Shown here in pieces: positions 24,785 to 37,366 of a DNA stretch of 64,000 nt. Where the stretch lies: assembly GCF_009914755.1 (NCBI RefSeq), contig NC_060940.1; one strand, 5' to 3'. The position numbers were made by a program, and so were the translations under genes. Numbering within the stretch: the stretch's first letter is position 1; each line of letters begins with the position of its first letter. The notes beneath the pieces are model-generated. The model made no database searches and was not told the DNA's origin. It saw only the letters and a program-made list of their open reading frames with translations. The DNA comes from the human T2T-CHM13v2.0 reference genome, Homo sapiens.

Positions 24785-27700
24785 AGTGTCAATAGCAAAA
24801 GCCTTCTAGCTATCTGCCTTTCAGGTACATGGTGGGGCATACTTAACTGTTTTCTCTGATGTTGGGCATAGCATGGACCTACTTGGTTCAATATCTGACA
24901 CTATTTGCATTTATTGACACTATCTGTGTTGATTTGTGCTATTTCCTGTGTGTGATTTGCACATCTGCCATTGCTTTTTGTCTCTAGTTACTGCTTTCTT
25001 TTCCTGTTTGTCTTGTTCTTGTAGGACCCTTTCTGACTCTCTCAAGAGGGATCTTTTCAACCCCAACTCCCACTGGTCTAATCCTAACCAGCACCAGCTG
25101 GTTGGGAAGTAGAGCAGGAACTCTGGCTGCCCTAATCTACATGGTGCTCTCTGCTCCTGGGCAGGGGTGTGGGTGTTTTTATATAGTATTCTCTTGAGTA
25201 TGAAATGCCTGAACAAAGCAGTGATTTGGCAAGCCTGAAGTCACACACTGGGGCTCATAGTAACTTGCTTCTGCTAGCAACGTGAGCATTAGAAACATTT
25301 CCTGGCCAAGTAGCCTTGAATCAGCTAGGAGTAGGGGTGCAATGAGTCTGAGTTCACTTTGCTCAGGGTGACAAGGCTTTAGAGTATTGGTTAATTGTCA
25401 AACTCTTTTGTTTAAGAGACAAGGTAAACATTCATACATATATACATAGAGAAGCTTTCTAGGGTTACTTAGGCTTTATGTGATTACTAGCAGAAATGTT
25501 TGTATTTGCAAGCAAAGCTTATAAATCACCTCTTAGATATCTTTGCAAAATGAAGCTAAAACATGGTTTAAAGAATCAAAAATATAAGATATTTACAATG
25601 ATTTATAATTGAATCAGGAATGCATTTGGTATTTTTTAAAAGGAATAATTGGCTAAGATTTAAATTAATTTGCTTTCCTTAAAAACCCAGAGCCTAAACA
25701 ATAGAAAGAAATAGGAACAGTTACACTGGGTGTGTGAGGGGTGGAGGGGGGGACCCAACTGGGACTGAAATTTCTTGGAGAAAATCTACAAAATCGGCCA
25801 AGCACACATGGATTGTGTGACTTCATTTAGTTGGAGGAGAACTGAGCAACCCGCTGATCTCAAATGTCTTTCCCCAGGAGAAATAATCTCTCTCGTCTTG
25901 GAATGGCTGTAGCACTGAAAGTCTATTCCACCCTTGGCACTTACCTTAATCTATGTGGTAATATTATCTCTTTTAGAAATGTTTTTATCTCTTCATTATA
26001 ACAATTATCTTTTTATGTGCCTGACTTACCTAGGATGCTCATTCATTCCAGGTGGCCTGGAACAGTTCTGATTTGCACCCATTGCCATGGTTTAATTAAT
26101 AGTGCCCCCTTTCACTCTCAGAAGTGTCCTGGCTTGGATGATAAATTATAAGGTACCCATAGTCTTATCCCAACTAAACGGAAAGTTCCTGTGTTAGTCA
26201 AGATCCCAGCAAGAAACAGAATATTATGTGGGGATTTTTGAAGAGATAAAAGTCCCTTTAATAAAGGGACTATTTACAGATGTGTGGGCAGAGTTAAAAG
26301 CATCAAAAAAGGATGTTGAGGCACCAGGCCTGAAAAGGTAAAGGGAAGAAATGATGCCATTGGAGCTTACCTGGGGGGCACAGCTTTTGAAGAGGGGCTG
26401 CCCTAGAGAAGCCATAGTCCTGGAAGGGCTCAAACACTACAGAATGGGCCAAGCAAGGGAAGATATTCCCTACCACTGTCCTCCCACCCATCTATTACCT
26501 ATCTGTGCCTTCTATTGGTTGAACCCAAATGCAAGCCAGAAGGCAAAGGAGCCCTGGTGATAAAGTTGGAAGGTGTTCGTTTCCTTGGGAAGAAGAGCAG
26601 GGAAAGGCAGAGAATGAATTGAGGGGGATCAGGGTATCTTGGGTCCTAGGGAAGTGGCAAACAGAAAATAAAGCTTCCTAAGGGGAGTCTCTTTGTCTTC
26701 AAGTCAATTAAAAACACATGTGTGCACACACGTGCAAAACACTACAGGAAAGGCCATGATTGGCAAGACTTGGCAGCTATTTAAGGGAGATATTCTCTAC
26801 AATGGGGAACAAGAAATAAACTTAAGGAAGTTAAATTGCAGACTGAAGGTAAATAGCAGACTACAACAATATTAAGCAGTATATGGTGATTGTCAGATTA
26901 ATGGTGTAGGCCCTAGATGTTAAAGGAGTTTGAAGGATGAAAGATCACAATGGGCTGGAGCAATCTGAAAAAATAATTTATGGAAGAGGAGAGGTTTTCA
27001 GCAGCATTGAAATTAGAGCCAACTTATATGGGCAAGAAGGAGAGGTTGGTCTTCTTTGGGGCAATGGCATCAACAAGAGCACAGGTGTTAGCCTGAGACA
27101 CATCTTCCCATGGGTGGAGGGCTGGTGTTGTTTCTGAGATTTTCAAAAATCTTACAAACATTCCAGGCAAATACCTATGGAAGGGGCTAAAGGACATTAA
27201 ACGGGCTGTAAGAGGTATAGGTTGTGGGTGGCCATTGATTCATTCCTTCAATAAACATTTATTGAATGCTTGGTATTGGTCAAGCCACTGTTCTGAGAGC
27301 TGCTGATGCCAAGTAAAATAAGACATGGTTCTTTCCCTTGAAGAAAGGGAATGGAAAAGGTAACCAAGGGAGAAAATAATTATTTTGCCTTGTGTCCAGA
27401 TGAGGTTTTTCACATTCTTGGCTGGTCTTTTCACTCACTGGCTCAGTCATTTCATCTCAAACCTTCAGAGTTCTGGGAAGGGTTGAAGCAGAGGAGTGAG
27501 ACAAGGGAGGCACCCACGGCCCTGCGGGAGTGGACACGCATCCTGCCAGGGGCATTCAACTCACAGGGACAGTTTGGGCATTGCACAGCGCGTGCCGGCA
27601 TTCTGGAAAGGTGTATGCTATTGTCAGTGTTTTGCGTAAGGCATATTGGACAGCACCCAATAATGGCAGCAGAAGGTTTCAAGAGGACGATTCTACCAGA

Positions 27701-30700
27701 ACCATCACGAGACTTCCGCGGCGATGTGAGCCTCCTTCCTGCCGAGCTTGTGGGCACTCTGGCTGTCCTCTTGCTATCCCTTCTTGGTCCCTTTGTGCTG
27801 TGGGGCCCTCCACTGAGGCGGGCTGAATCCTGGCTGTCTTTGTACACCCCGAAGCCTGCCGGAGGTCCTCAGTGGTCACTGAACTAAACAGCGTCCCTCA
27901 TCCAGTTCAAACTGAAATTTCAGTTATGAAACTCCCTTCAGAAATTCCCTTTCTATTCTGAATGTTGTGCTTTTTCTTTCAATTCTTTGCAAAATCACCA
28001 AAGCCAGGAGGCAATGCATTGAGAACAAATCCATGGGCTAGGCTGTTTTCTCTGCTCACTGAATTCAGTCTCTGTTTTAATTTGGTATTATCTGCTAAGT
28101 GTAAATGGAGCTAACTTATATCAAAGATAAGATCTCAGGAGTTATGCTGTGAATATTTTAATTACACTTCTTTGGCAGATGTATTTTGCTTTACTTGAAC
28201 ACTCATGGGTGGCTGCAGTCTCTGATGAGATGGTCACAGTTTCACAAATTAATTCTTCCTGGTTCCATCTGGGTATGTTCATCAAGGGTGAGCTGCACAG
28301 AACTTTTGGGAAGCTTAAAATGTTAAATGTTGCTAATTTGTGATTTATGTGAACTTTTTATTTTGTAAGTTATATACCTTCCTTTTGGGGGTGAAGTTTG
28401 TACTCTTTCCTGACTTCTTTTTATACTGTCTGTAATAAAAAGCCCCTAATACATTCTTCTCCTCTACCAGTCTGGTTTATGCATTATAAACCACCCTCCT
28501 TTTCTATTTCATGGAAACTTCTGAATTCCATTTGAAAATCAAGTTCAAGTTCCAGTTGCAAAGTTAAGTTCCAGGATGTGTTCATTTTGATATCCCGGTT
28601 AAAACGGAGCCATCTGGCATCAGAAGGACACTTGAGAGTTACAGAGGATGCATCCTTGTGGCAGTCGGAGCGAGATTTCTGTTGGCTTTTTCATTTTGTG
28701 TAGTGGAGGAAGATGTCCCAACATGCACTGTGCAACCCCAGGAGGGACTCTACTTTTCCAGGGACCACGAAACCTATGGTGTGACCAGGCCTCTCAGAGA
28801 AATGTAAGCGGGAGCCATGCTGCGGGGTGCGGGGCCACTGCCCGTCCTGCTGACGCGACGCGCCCTCTTTCCCTCCACCCCTCCTGACTGGTATCTCATG
28901 CTGCACTCCCCATGTGCCAGGGAACACTCCTCTGCCTTTTTCTGAGTCCCTGCTCCGGAGTGGTGCCCTGGTCTGTGAAGTGAGGAGACCTCCTACTGCA
29001 CATGCTCCCTCCCTTCTGGCGAGGGGGCTCACAAAAGCAGGACTTGACATTGGTGGGGTTCCTCTTGCAATGGTTTCAAGCTAGAATCGCATCCTGAGTC
29101 TGAACAAAGCCTGGGTTTCTTCTCAGGTTCTGTGATTTCTTTCAACCCAGTAGCTTTTGTGAGGCACAGAACCAAGGTACTGAGGAAGACACAAGGATGG
29201 CTAGGACACGGAGCCACTGTGAGGGGACATGCACAGTCCCTTGCCTGGCACTGGGGGCACGCCAGCTCACTCGGGGACAGTGTCATCCTCCAGGGCAGTA
29301 GAAGGTGGAATGAAAGACAATGATGACAAAATGGTAAGGGGGAGGAGGCAGCTGGCATCGTGAAGAAGGTGGCGTTTCACCTGAACGTTGAAGTCATGAG
29401 ATTTCAATCCACAGAAGCAGGAATTCTAGGCGGAGAGCCCAGCCTGGCAGTAACTCCTCCCGTGTGACAGTGGAACAGCAAGTAGGGAGCCCCAACGCCA
29501 GCGAAGGAGTCCATACTCCACGGGCAGGTCACTGGCCCTTCAACGTCACTGGATGTCAGAATCACTTGCAAGCCCCAACCAGCTGTCTGGCTTCAGCCAA
29601 TGGACCCAGGAATCTGCATTTCCATCAGACAGCTGTGAGATTTTCATTTATGGGGTCTGAGAACCGCAGTCTTTGAACCACACAGCTGGAGAAAAGGGAG
29701 GCTGAAGGAGGCACATCAGACATTTTGTGCCAGGGGTTCCAGGCTGGACTGGAGGCGCAAGAGAGCCCCAGTGGAAGGACTGGATGCTGCTGGGCCAGGG
29801 TGGCCCTGGGGATCCGGGAGGGTGCTGCCCAGGAGGGCTGTCTTTGAACACCCCGGGAGGCAGGACCCCAGAGATGCTGAGTACCAGGGGCCGTGGCGCC
29901 ATCATCGGGGACAGGAAACCGTGACCGAGGAGTGGCATTTGGGATGGAAGGTAGCAAGTCTGGCTGAGAACTGGCTTTGCAGCACCAGACGGATGTTCTG
30001 GAGGACTGTCCCGTAAAAACCAGCTGGAAGTTCACTCCCAAAGCGGGCTAGGTAGGTGGACCCGGCCTGGGTGTGCGAATATGGCACTCATGGGCAGACA
30101 CACAGGGAAAAGAGGGCTCGTGACCTGTGCAGAATGCCGGGGACATTGAGGTTAACAGCAGGCTTCTCTATTTCCGGCCCCAGGCGTCTCAGGTTAGGGC
30201 CAAGGGGAGGTCAGGAGGAACTAGGTTTCCTCTGACCGTAGCGCTGATCACTTCCCTGCAGGCAGGTTTTCTTCAGCACAGCTTTGGCGTGGCCCCGGGG
30301 GGGAACAGCGAGGTAACTTCCTGTCCAGGCTGCCGGGCTCTGGAAGTGCCGCAGGTGTCCACGCCTGTTGGGCAGACGCACGTGGGGAGCGGCCCTGGGA
30401 GGAGCACGGTGACCAGGGCAGGGGGTGTGCGGGTGGAGGGGCGGGATTGCCGGGCCCTTCCTATGAGCACAGCCACTGCAGGGAGGATTCTTCTCCAAAA
30501 CTGGTTTTGAAACATTAAGCCACATGCTAGGAGGAGGGAGCCTCGAGGGGGTGGCTCAGCCTGGCACCTGTTTACACACTGAGGCCCTCAAGGAGGTCAG
30601 AGGACTCCACATAGGAGTCACATCAGACTGGCAGTGACAAGCTGCAGAGGGGTCAACCTCGTGTCTGGTCTGCGGCTGACTTGGTGGGATTCTCTGCACC

Positions 30701-31869
30701 AGCCTCTAATTTTTCACAGAACCCAGTGGGGAGGTGAAGCAGGCACTGTGATTCCATTTAGAGAGGAACACATGGAGGGGGACGGGTTGGTAGAATTGCT
30801 CGAAGCCAACAGGAGCTGCTGGGGAGTGAGGACGGCCTCTGACACACGTCTCACTAAGGAACGAGCCCAGTGCGATCAATATTGAAAACATTTTCAGCCT
30901 CAGTAATAATCCCTGTTGGATGACTGCCTGCTCCCTGGCTGCATCTCAGGGAGGCCTCCGGTGTCCCAGGCACTCCCACACCTCAGGTGCCTTCGCTTCT
31001 CCCACAGTGCCTCTCTTCCTGTGCTGGCCAACCTCTGCCTCTCTTCTGCGGTGTTTGTCTCTGTGAGTGCCACGTGGGCTGGGGCCTCGTCTCTCTTGCT
31101 CTCTGAGACTGCCGGTGCTAGAACTGTGTTCCCACGTGTTAGATTTCCACATAAAATCTTTTCGAATAAATGAATAAAGGAGTGAATGATTACTAAAAAG
31201 AAAAAGCAAATTCACAGCCATTTAAACGAGAGCACACAAGACAATAACCGTGCAGCTGAAATGCGCGTGCTTCCTTCTGGAGAGCGATGGGACCACTCTT
31301 TTGCAAAGATGTCCATCTCAGCATTGGTTACCGTAAAACTTAGAAATATTTTAAGTATCTAGACACGGGGGAGCAATTAAGTACGCAGTGGTACATCTAC
31401 ACACTTAGGAAAACTATATGAAAATGTTGGTTAATTTGGGGAAAATGCTTATGATATGAGGTTAAGGGAAGAAAGCATACGCAAAATTGCATGCATGATA
31501 GGATCTTAACTCTGAGAAAACTCCGCAAGCCTCGGGGAAATCCCCAACATGTTACCAACATAGGTGGTGGGGTCACACGTTCTCGGTATAAATTGTTCTG
31601 GTCTCAGTTTTTTCCCCGAATTTTATACTTTTGGGGGGATACACATGTATTATTAGCAAAACCATACAGATATTTTCTTAAGAACAGAAACACACATCAG
31701 GATTGACGAATCATGTTGATTTATGTCAAACCCCAGGACAATATCTCCTGACCTTAACTTTTTTTCAATCCCTCCCTCTACGCCAGTCTTCCATCCTCCT
31801 CCTTTGCATTGTAAAATGTATTCCTTAAACGCATCTTGATGCTGTTTACTTATTTTCACATTGATGCCT

Positions 31870-32126
31870 TTTTTGTTGTTGTTTGTTTGTTTTTTTGAGA
31901 CAGAGTCTCGCCCTGTTGCCCAGGCTGGAGTGCGATGGCACAGTCTCGGCTCACTGCAACCTCAAGCGATTCTCCCGCCTCAGCCACCCAAGTAGCTCGG
32001 ATTACAGGCACGCACGACCACGCCCAGCTAATTTTTTGTATCTTTAGTATAGATGAGGTTTCACCATTTTGGCCAGGCTGGTCTCGAACTCCTGACCTCG
32101 TGATCTGCCCACCTCGGCCTCCCAAG
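31870..32126 (-). mobile_element. Alu (partial)
   Basis: Alu motifs; flanked by gatgccttttt on both sides. Confidence 0.88.
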
Positions 32127-33009
32127 ATGCCTTTTTCTTAATTGCTTGAAATGTGGCTTTGGTTGAAGCTCTCAGCAGGAAAACACAGAACCCCAATGTC
32201 AAAAATTTGAAGATGATATTCTGGGCTAGATGTTTTTGGGAAATACAAAGATATACGACAGCATGGTTCCTCCCCTCAATAAATTTTCAATTGAGTAGCT
32301 CTAGTTCGGTCTTTACCTTGGAGGAACTACTTTTACCAAAACCACCAGTGACATTTTCCTGGCAAAAATCCAATGGCCTCATCCCTTTTCTGAGCCTCTG
32401 GGCCTCTCGGCCTTCTGCAAGGTGACAGTCCCCTCCTTCAAGTCGCCTCCCCAGTGTGGGCTTTGGGGGTGTTCCGCACACACAGTCAGACTGCTTATGA
32501 CCCGCTGGGTATCTAACTGAACTCCTCTCCTCCTTCTCAGAATCTCTAGGCTCCACCATGACATTAATCAACCCCAATTATCTGACCAAAACCCTGAAAA
32601 ATCTTTATCATGACACCAGTTGTTCTCCTAACCTTGGGCCCGGTGGCCTAGTTGCCCTCTTCAGCCCAAAAAAGATAAATAACAGAAAACAAACCTCACT
32701 GCTGCCTCTCACGTTCAGCCTATTCCCATTTTCTAATGATTCAAGTCTATGTCTTTAGCAGAAACAGGCAAGCCCCCATCCCAGCTCTAATTAAACCACA
32801 GCTTCCTCTTCCTGGATGGGGCCTCTCTGACCCACTCACCTGTAGTGGGCTGCGCAAAGTTGTAGCTCAGAATACATGTAGTATCTATGGGCACTTAAAA
32901 TACGTATTTCCTAACCAAATGGAAATTTTTTTGTAATGTAATTAGCATCTAAAGACAGCATAATATAATTATATCAGCTACTCACTTTGGTCAGAAAATC
33001 TTCCTTTTT

Positions 33010-33775
33010 ATCTATTTTAATTGAAAAGTAAACATTGTATATATTTATGGTGTACAATATGTTTATATATATACACACACATTGTGGAAAGGCTACATCA
33101 AACATGTATATATAACCTCGCCTTTTTTGTGCACTGAGAATACTTAAAATCTACTCTTCTAGCTACTTTCAAGTATACAATTCACTGTTATTAAATATAG
33201 TCACCATGCTGTACAATGGCCCTCTTGAACTAATTCCTCCCATCTAACTAAGATTTTGTATCCTTACACCAGCATCCCCCTAAGCCCCTCACCCCTGCCC
33301 CGGTACCCACCATTGTGCTACCTACTTCTATGAGTTGGACGTTTTCAGATTCCACATGTGACTGAGATCATGTGGTATTTGTCTCTCTGTGCCTGGCTTA
33401 TTTCACTTAGAATCATGTCCTCCAGGTTCATCCACATTGTCACAAATGACAGGACTTCTTTCTTCTTTAAGGCTGAATCTTATCCCATGGTGTATATCTA
33501 CCACACTTTATCCGTGTGTCCACTGATGGGACACCAAGATTGATTTTGGATCTGGGCTATTGTGACAAGTCCTGCCGTGAGCATGGGAGGGCAGACATCT
33601 CTTCAATATATTGATTTCAATATTTTTTGGATATATACCCAGTAGTGAGGTTGCTGGATTATATAGTAGCTCCATTTTTAATCTTCTGAGGAACTTCCAC
33701 ACTGTTTTCCATAATGGCTATACGAATTTACCTTCTGACCCACAGTGTACCAGGGTTCTCTTTTCTTTGATGGAC
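33010..33775 (-). mobile_element. L1MA-type LINE-1 3' fragment
   Basis: gcctggcttatttcacttag..tcctccaggttcatccacattgtcacaaatgacagga..tttggatatatacccagtagtg antisense L1 3' UTR motifs. Confidence 0.85.
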
Positions 33776-33988
33776 ATGCTTTTTGATCTTTGATTTGTGC
33801 ATTTCTCCTGTAATCTCTTATTTTCTCTTCTATTTCTTAATTATGTTTAATAGAACTTAAAATAGTGTTGTGCACAAAGTAAGCTACCCATCCGGCAAAA
33901 GAGAGTTTAGACAGTTTTTCAAATAAGGCTGATTTGTAAAAACCTGCTATTAAATACAGATAAGAAATGTTGGTCTGCACTACTCTAA

Positions 33989-34443
<455 letters not shown>

Positions 34444-34469
34444 AAAAGTGTGTTTTCATCCCAAGTCCT

Positions 34470-35240
34470 TTCACTTTATTCCACAGGGGAGTAGATCAGT
34501 AGAGTCTTCTTAACGGTTTGTCCAAGAGCTGCCCCATCTCTCATGCTCCTGACACTTTGGCAGTACTGGTCACTCACTTTGTGGATTGCCTCTCTGTTGG
34601 GTGTGTCTGATGTTTCCTCCGGTTGCACTGAGGTTAGCGAATGTTTGGCAGGAATGCCACCGACGGGCATGTGTCCTCCTCACTGCCACGTGTCTGGGGG
34701 ATGTGATGTCCGTGGTCCTAGGAGTGGTGCTGTTTCCCTGGATCACTTGGTTAAGGTGGTGTTTGCAGGATTTCTCCATCAGCTGCGACAATGAGAATGT
34801 CCGGCTTCTCCTCAAAGCCTTGCCCAGTGGTTGCAGTGTCCACCCATGGCTCTTGCTGACAGCAGTTGCTGCTGTAAAGTTTGCCTAGTGATGATTTTGT
34901 ATTTTTCTCATTCCTTCCACAATCATTAACCTGGGTTCTTCTATAAGGAAGAACCGTCTCTTCTCTGTTGTTTATTATTTATTCAATTATTTATTTACAT
35001 CAATCTGGACTTAGGGATATTTATTTTTATTCCATGGATTAGAATCCATTATTCTCATTTTTTATTTTGTTGCTCAAATTGCTCCACTTTTGGCCACTGG
35101 AAGCTCCTTCAGGTTAGTCATGTGGCTTCTTGTCATACCCCTTTCTTTTTCAAGCACCTCTTCATTTTCTGGCCCCATAAGATGTCTGAGGCTCCTCTGG
35201 TATTTTCCCTGCTCCAGGCCGGGAATCGATCCATGAAACC
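34470..35240 (-). mobile_element. Old L1MC/L1ME fragment
   Basis: gatcacttggttaaggtggtgtttgcagga..tcaaattgctccacttttggccactggaagctccttcagg..ggccccataagatg motifs. Confidence 0.6.
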
Positions 35241-35281
35241 TATACTCACATATTGTTATCCATTTCACAGTCATTTGTAAT

Positions 35282-36257
35282 CCAAATTTATAAACAGTCA
35301 AAAGCCAGGCGGTGAACCGCTCCGGACCCCACGGAGCAGGGGCCACCGAATAGCAACGTGAGAAGCATTCTCACTGCTGCTGGGCAGCACCACTCAACTC
35401 TCCCAGGATAAAGCACTTGAAGAGTCTCTTGTGATTCTTATCACGGGCAAAACATTCTAATTGAACTTTTCAAAACTACAGTTTGAATGACACAAGATGG
35501 ACCAGAACCCCTTGATTTGCCCTTTTGCATTTGAATCCACTGGAGATGCTGGCCCCTGGCGAGCAGGGAGCTGGCCTCTCTGGTCCTGGCTGTGCCCACT
35601 CTACCTGGAGCAGCCCCTGACACGCTAAGGAGCTCACCAGTGTGAGGGCAACGAGCAGAGCTCGGCTCACTTCTGTCCCCCTTGGCGGCCCCTCATCCCT
35701 CAGCAGAAGGAGTACTGGTGAGCGGCCAAAGAAGGAATTGGTTGCTTTAAAGCAATTCCAGCTTCTGCCAGCCTGGGGAGCCTAAAACCAGGAATCAAAC
35801 CTCAGTCCTAATTTTTCTAAAAATAGCTCTTAAGGAAATAAGGTTCAGGAAAGCATAAGTCGCTCTGCAGAGTTGAATTCAGGCTGCTGCAGCGGCCAGG
35901 AAGCAGGGACACGCCGTGGGACATGTCAGCCAGTGCGTCACTGGCAAGCTTGGTATGTAACGTGCAATCCTTACATGGATTCTGCAAAACCCACTGGCAT
36001 GCCTATGCCAAATTTATAAACAGTCAAAAGCCAGGCGGTGAACCGCTCCGGACCCCACGGAGCAGGGGCCACCTGATAGCAACGTGAGAAGCATTCTCGC
36101 TGCTGCTGGGCAGCACCACTCAACTCTCCCAGGATAAAGCACTTGAAGAATCTCTTGTGATTCTTATCACGGGCAAAACATTCTAATCGAACTTTTCAAA
36201 ACTGCAGTTTGAATGACACAAGACGGGCCAGAACCCCTTGATTTGCCCTTTTGCATT
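35282..36257. repeat. 250-bp direct repeat (35282-35531 and 36008-36257), about 97% identical
   Basis: Constant 726-bp offset; 8 substitutions and no indels counted by eye. Confidence 0.92.
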
Positions 36258-37193
36258 GGTAAAGCGAGGCCATTTGTGGCATGGATTCTCAGATTCATGA
36301 AATGTGGCATCATAAACTGTAAAGAACAGTCCTTTACACTTTCCAGGACAGGTCAACCTCTTAACAGAGCTGTAAAATGCTGCCAGTCCTGGCTCCTGAC
36401 TGTCTTTGGGATGTGAGAACAAGGAAGCCAATTGAGTTTTCCTCACCTTTGGGAGGCAGTCATAAAAAAGCAAAGTTTAAAGCCAGCTGCAGAGTTCCAA
36501 CTCTGATACTGACTGCCCTTCCCTCAGGCACCAGCAGACCTTCCAGCCGCCACCCTCGCCGGGCACACATCCACCACCTTCACTCCATTGTCCTTTATGA
36601 AGCACCTGCAATGTGCCATGTTCCCTGCGAGGGCCTGGAGGGGAACAGCAGTGAGCGGTGGGCAAGGCCGATGAATGCGCTCCTCTAGAGGGGTTTGCAT
36701 TTTCTGTATCAGTCTGGGCTTGTGGGTGTTTATTTTGCTCTGTGGGTTAGAACGTAATACTACATCTTTTTTTCTCAGCTTGCTCCAGCTCTTGCCTTGG
36801 GCACTACCTCAGGTGGCACTGGTGGCCCTCCATGGGCCCTGTCCTTTCTCCAGCCCATCCGTCTTTTCTGGACGGGGAGATAAAGGACTGAGCCGCAATG
36901 ACAGTACCGGGGAACCAGCATGTCTGAGCTCCAGGAGCTTTCACCAGGCATGACTTAACCTGAGGTCCATGGAGGGGAGGGAGACAGGCCAGTGGGGTCG
37001 GGGTGGAAAGTGCAGAGGGGAGAGGGCACGGCGCCTTTGAGGAAGTGAAAGGAGGATGCAGGCTGCGTGCCGGTGGGGCATGTGGCCAGAGGAGGGCTGA
37101 GCAGCGGGCAGGCGCCGTGGCCAGGGGATCCTGTGAGGCCAGTGAAGGGGGCTCAGACGCCATGGGGGAAAGGAAGCCATGAAGAGTGTTCAA

Positions 37194-37295
37194 CAGGGCT
37201 CCTGCTAGTATTAAATGAACTAATACCTGCTACAGTGTCTGCCACATAGGAGGTGCTCAAAAAACGGTGGCTGCTACTGTTACTATTATTACTAC
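37194..37295 (+). mobile_element. MIR 3' end directly upstream of the VNTR
   Basis: cagggct..attaaatgaactaatac..acagtgtctgccacataggaggtgctcaaaaaac..ctattatt resembles the recalled MIR 3' consensus. Confidence 0.7.
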
Positions 37296-37366
37296 TACTG
37301 CTGCTGCGGCTGCCGAGGCTCTGATGCTGCTGCGGCTGTTGCACTGCGACTGCTACCTAAGCTGCT

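Noticed and set aside
27351-27887. Overlapping 178-aa (+) and 131-aa (-) ORFs with CxxC pairs
   Set aside because: No recognisable zinc-finger spacing, splice context or homolog; BLASTx would be needed to revive it.
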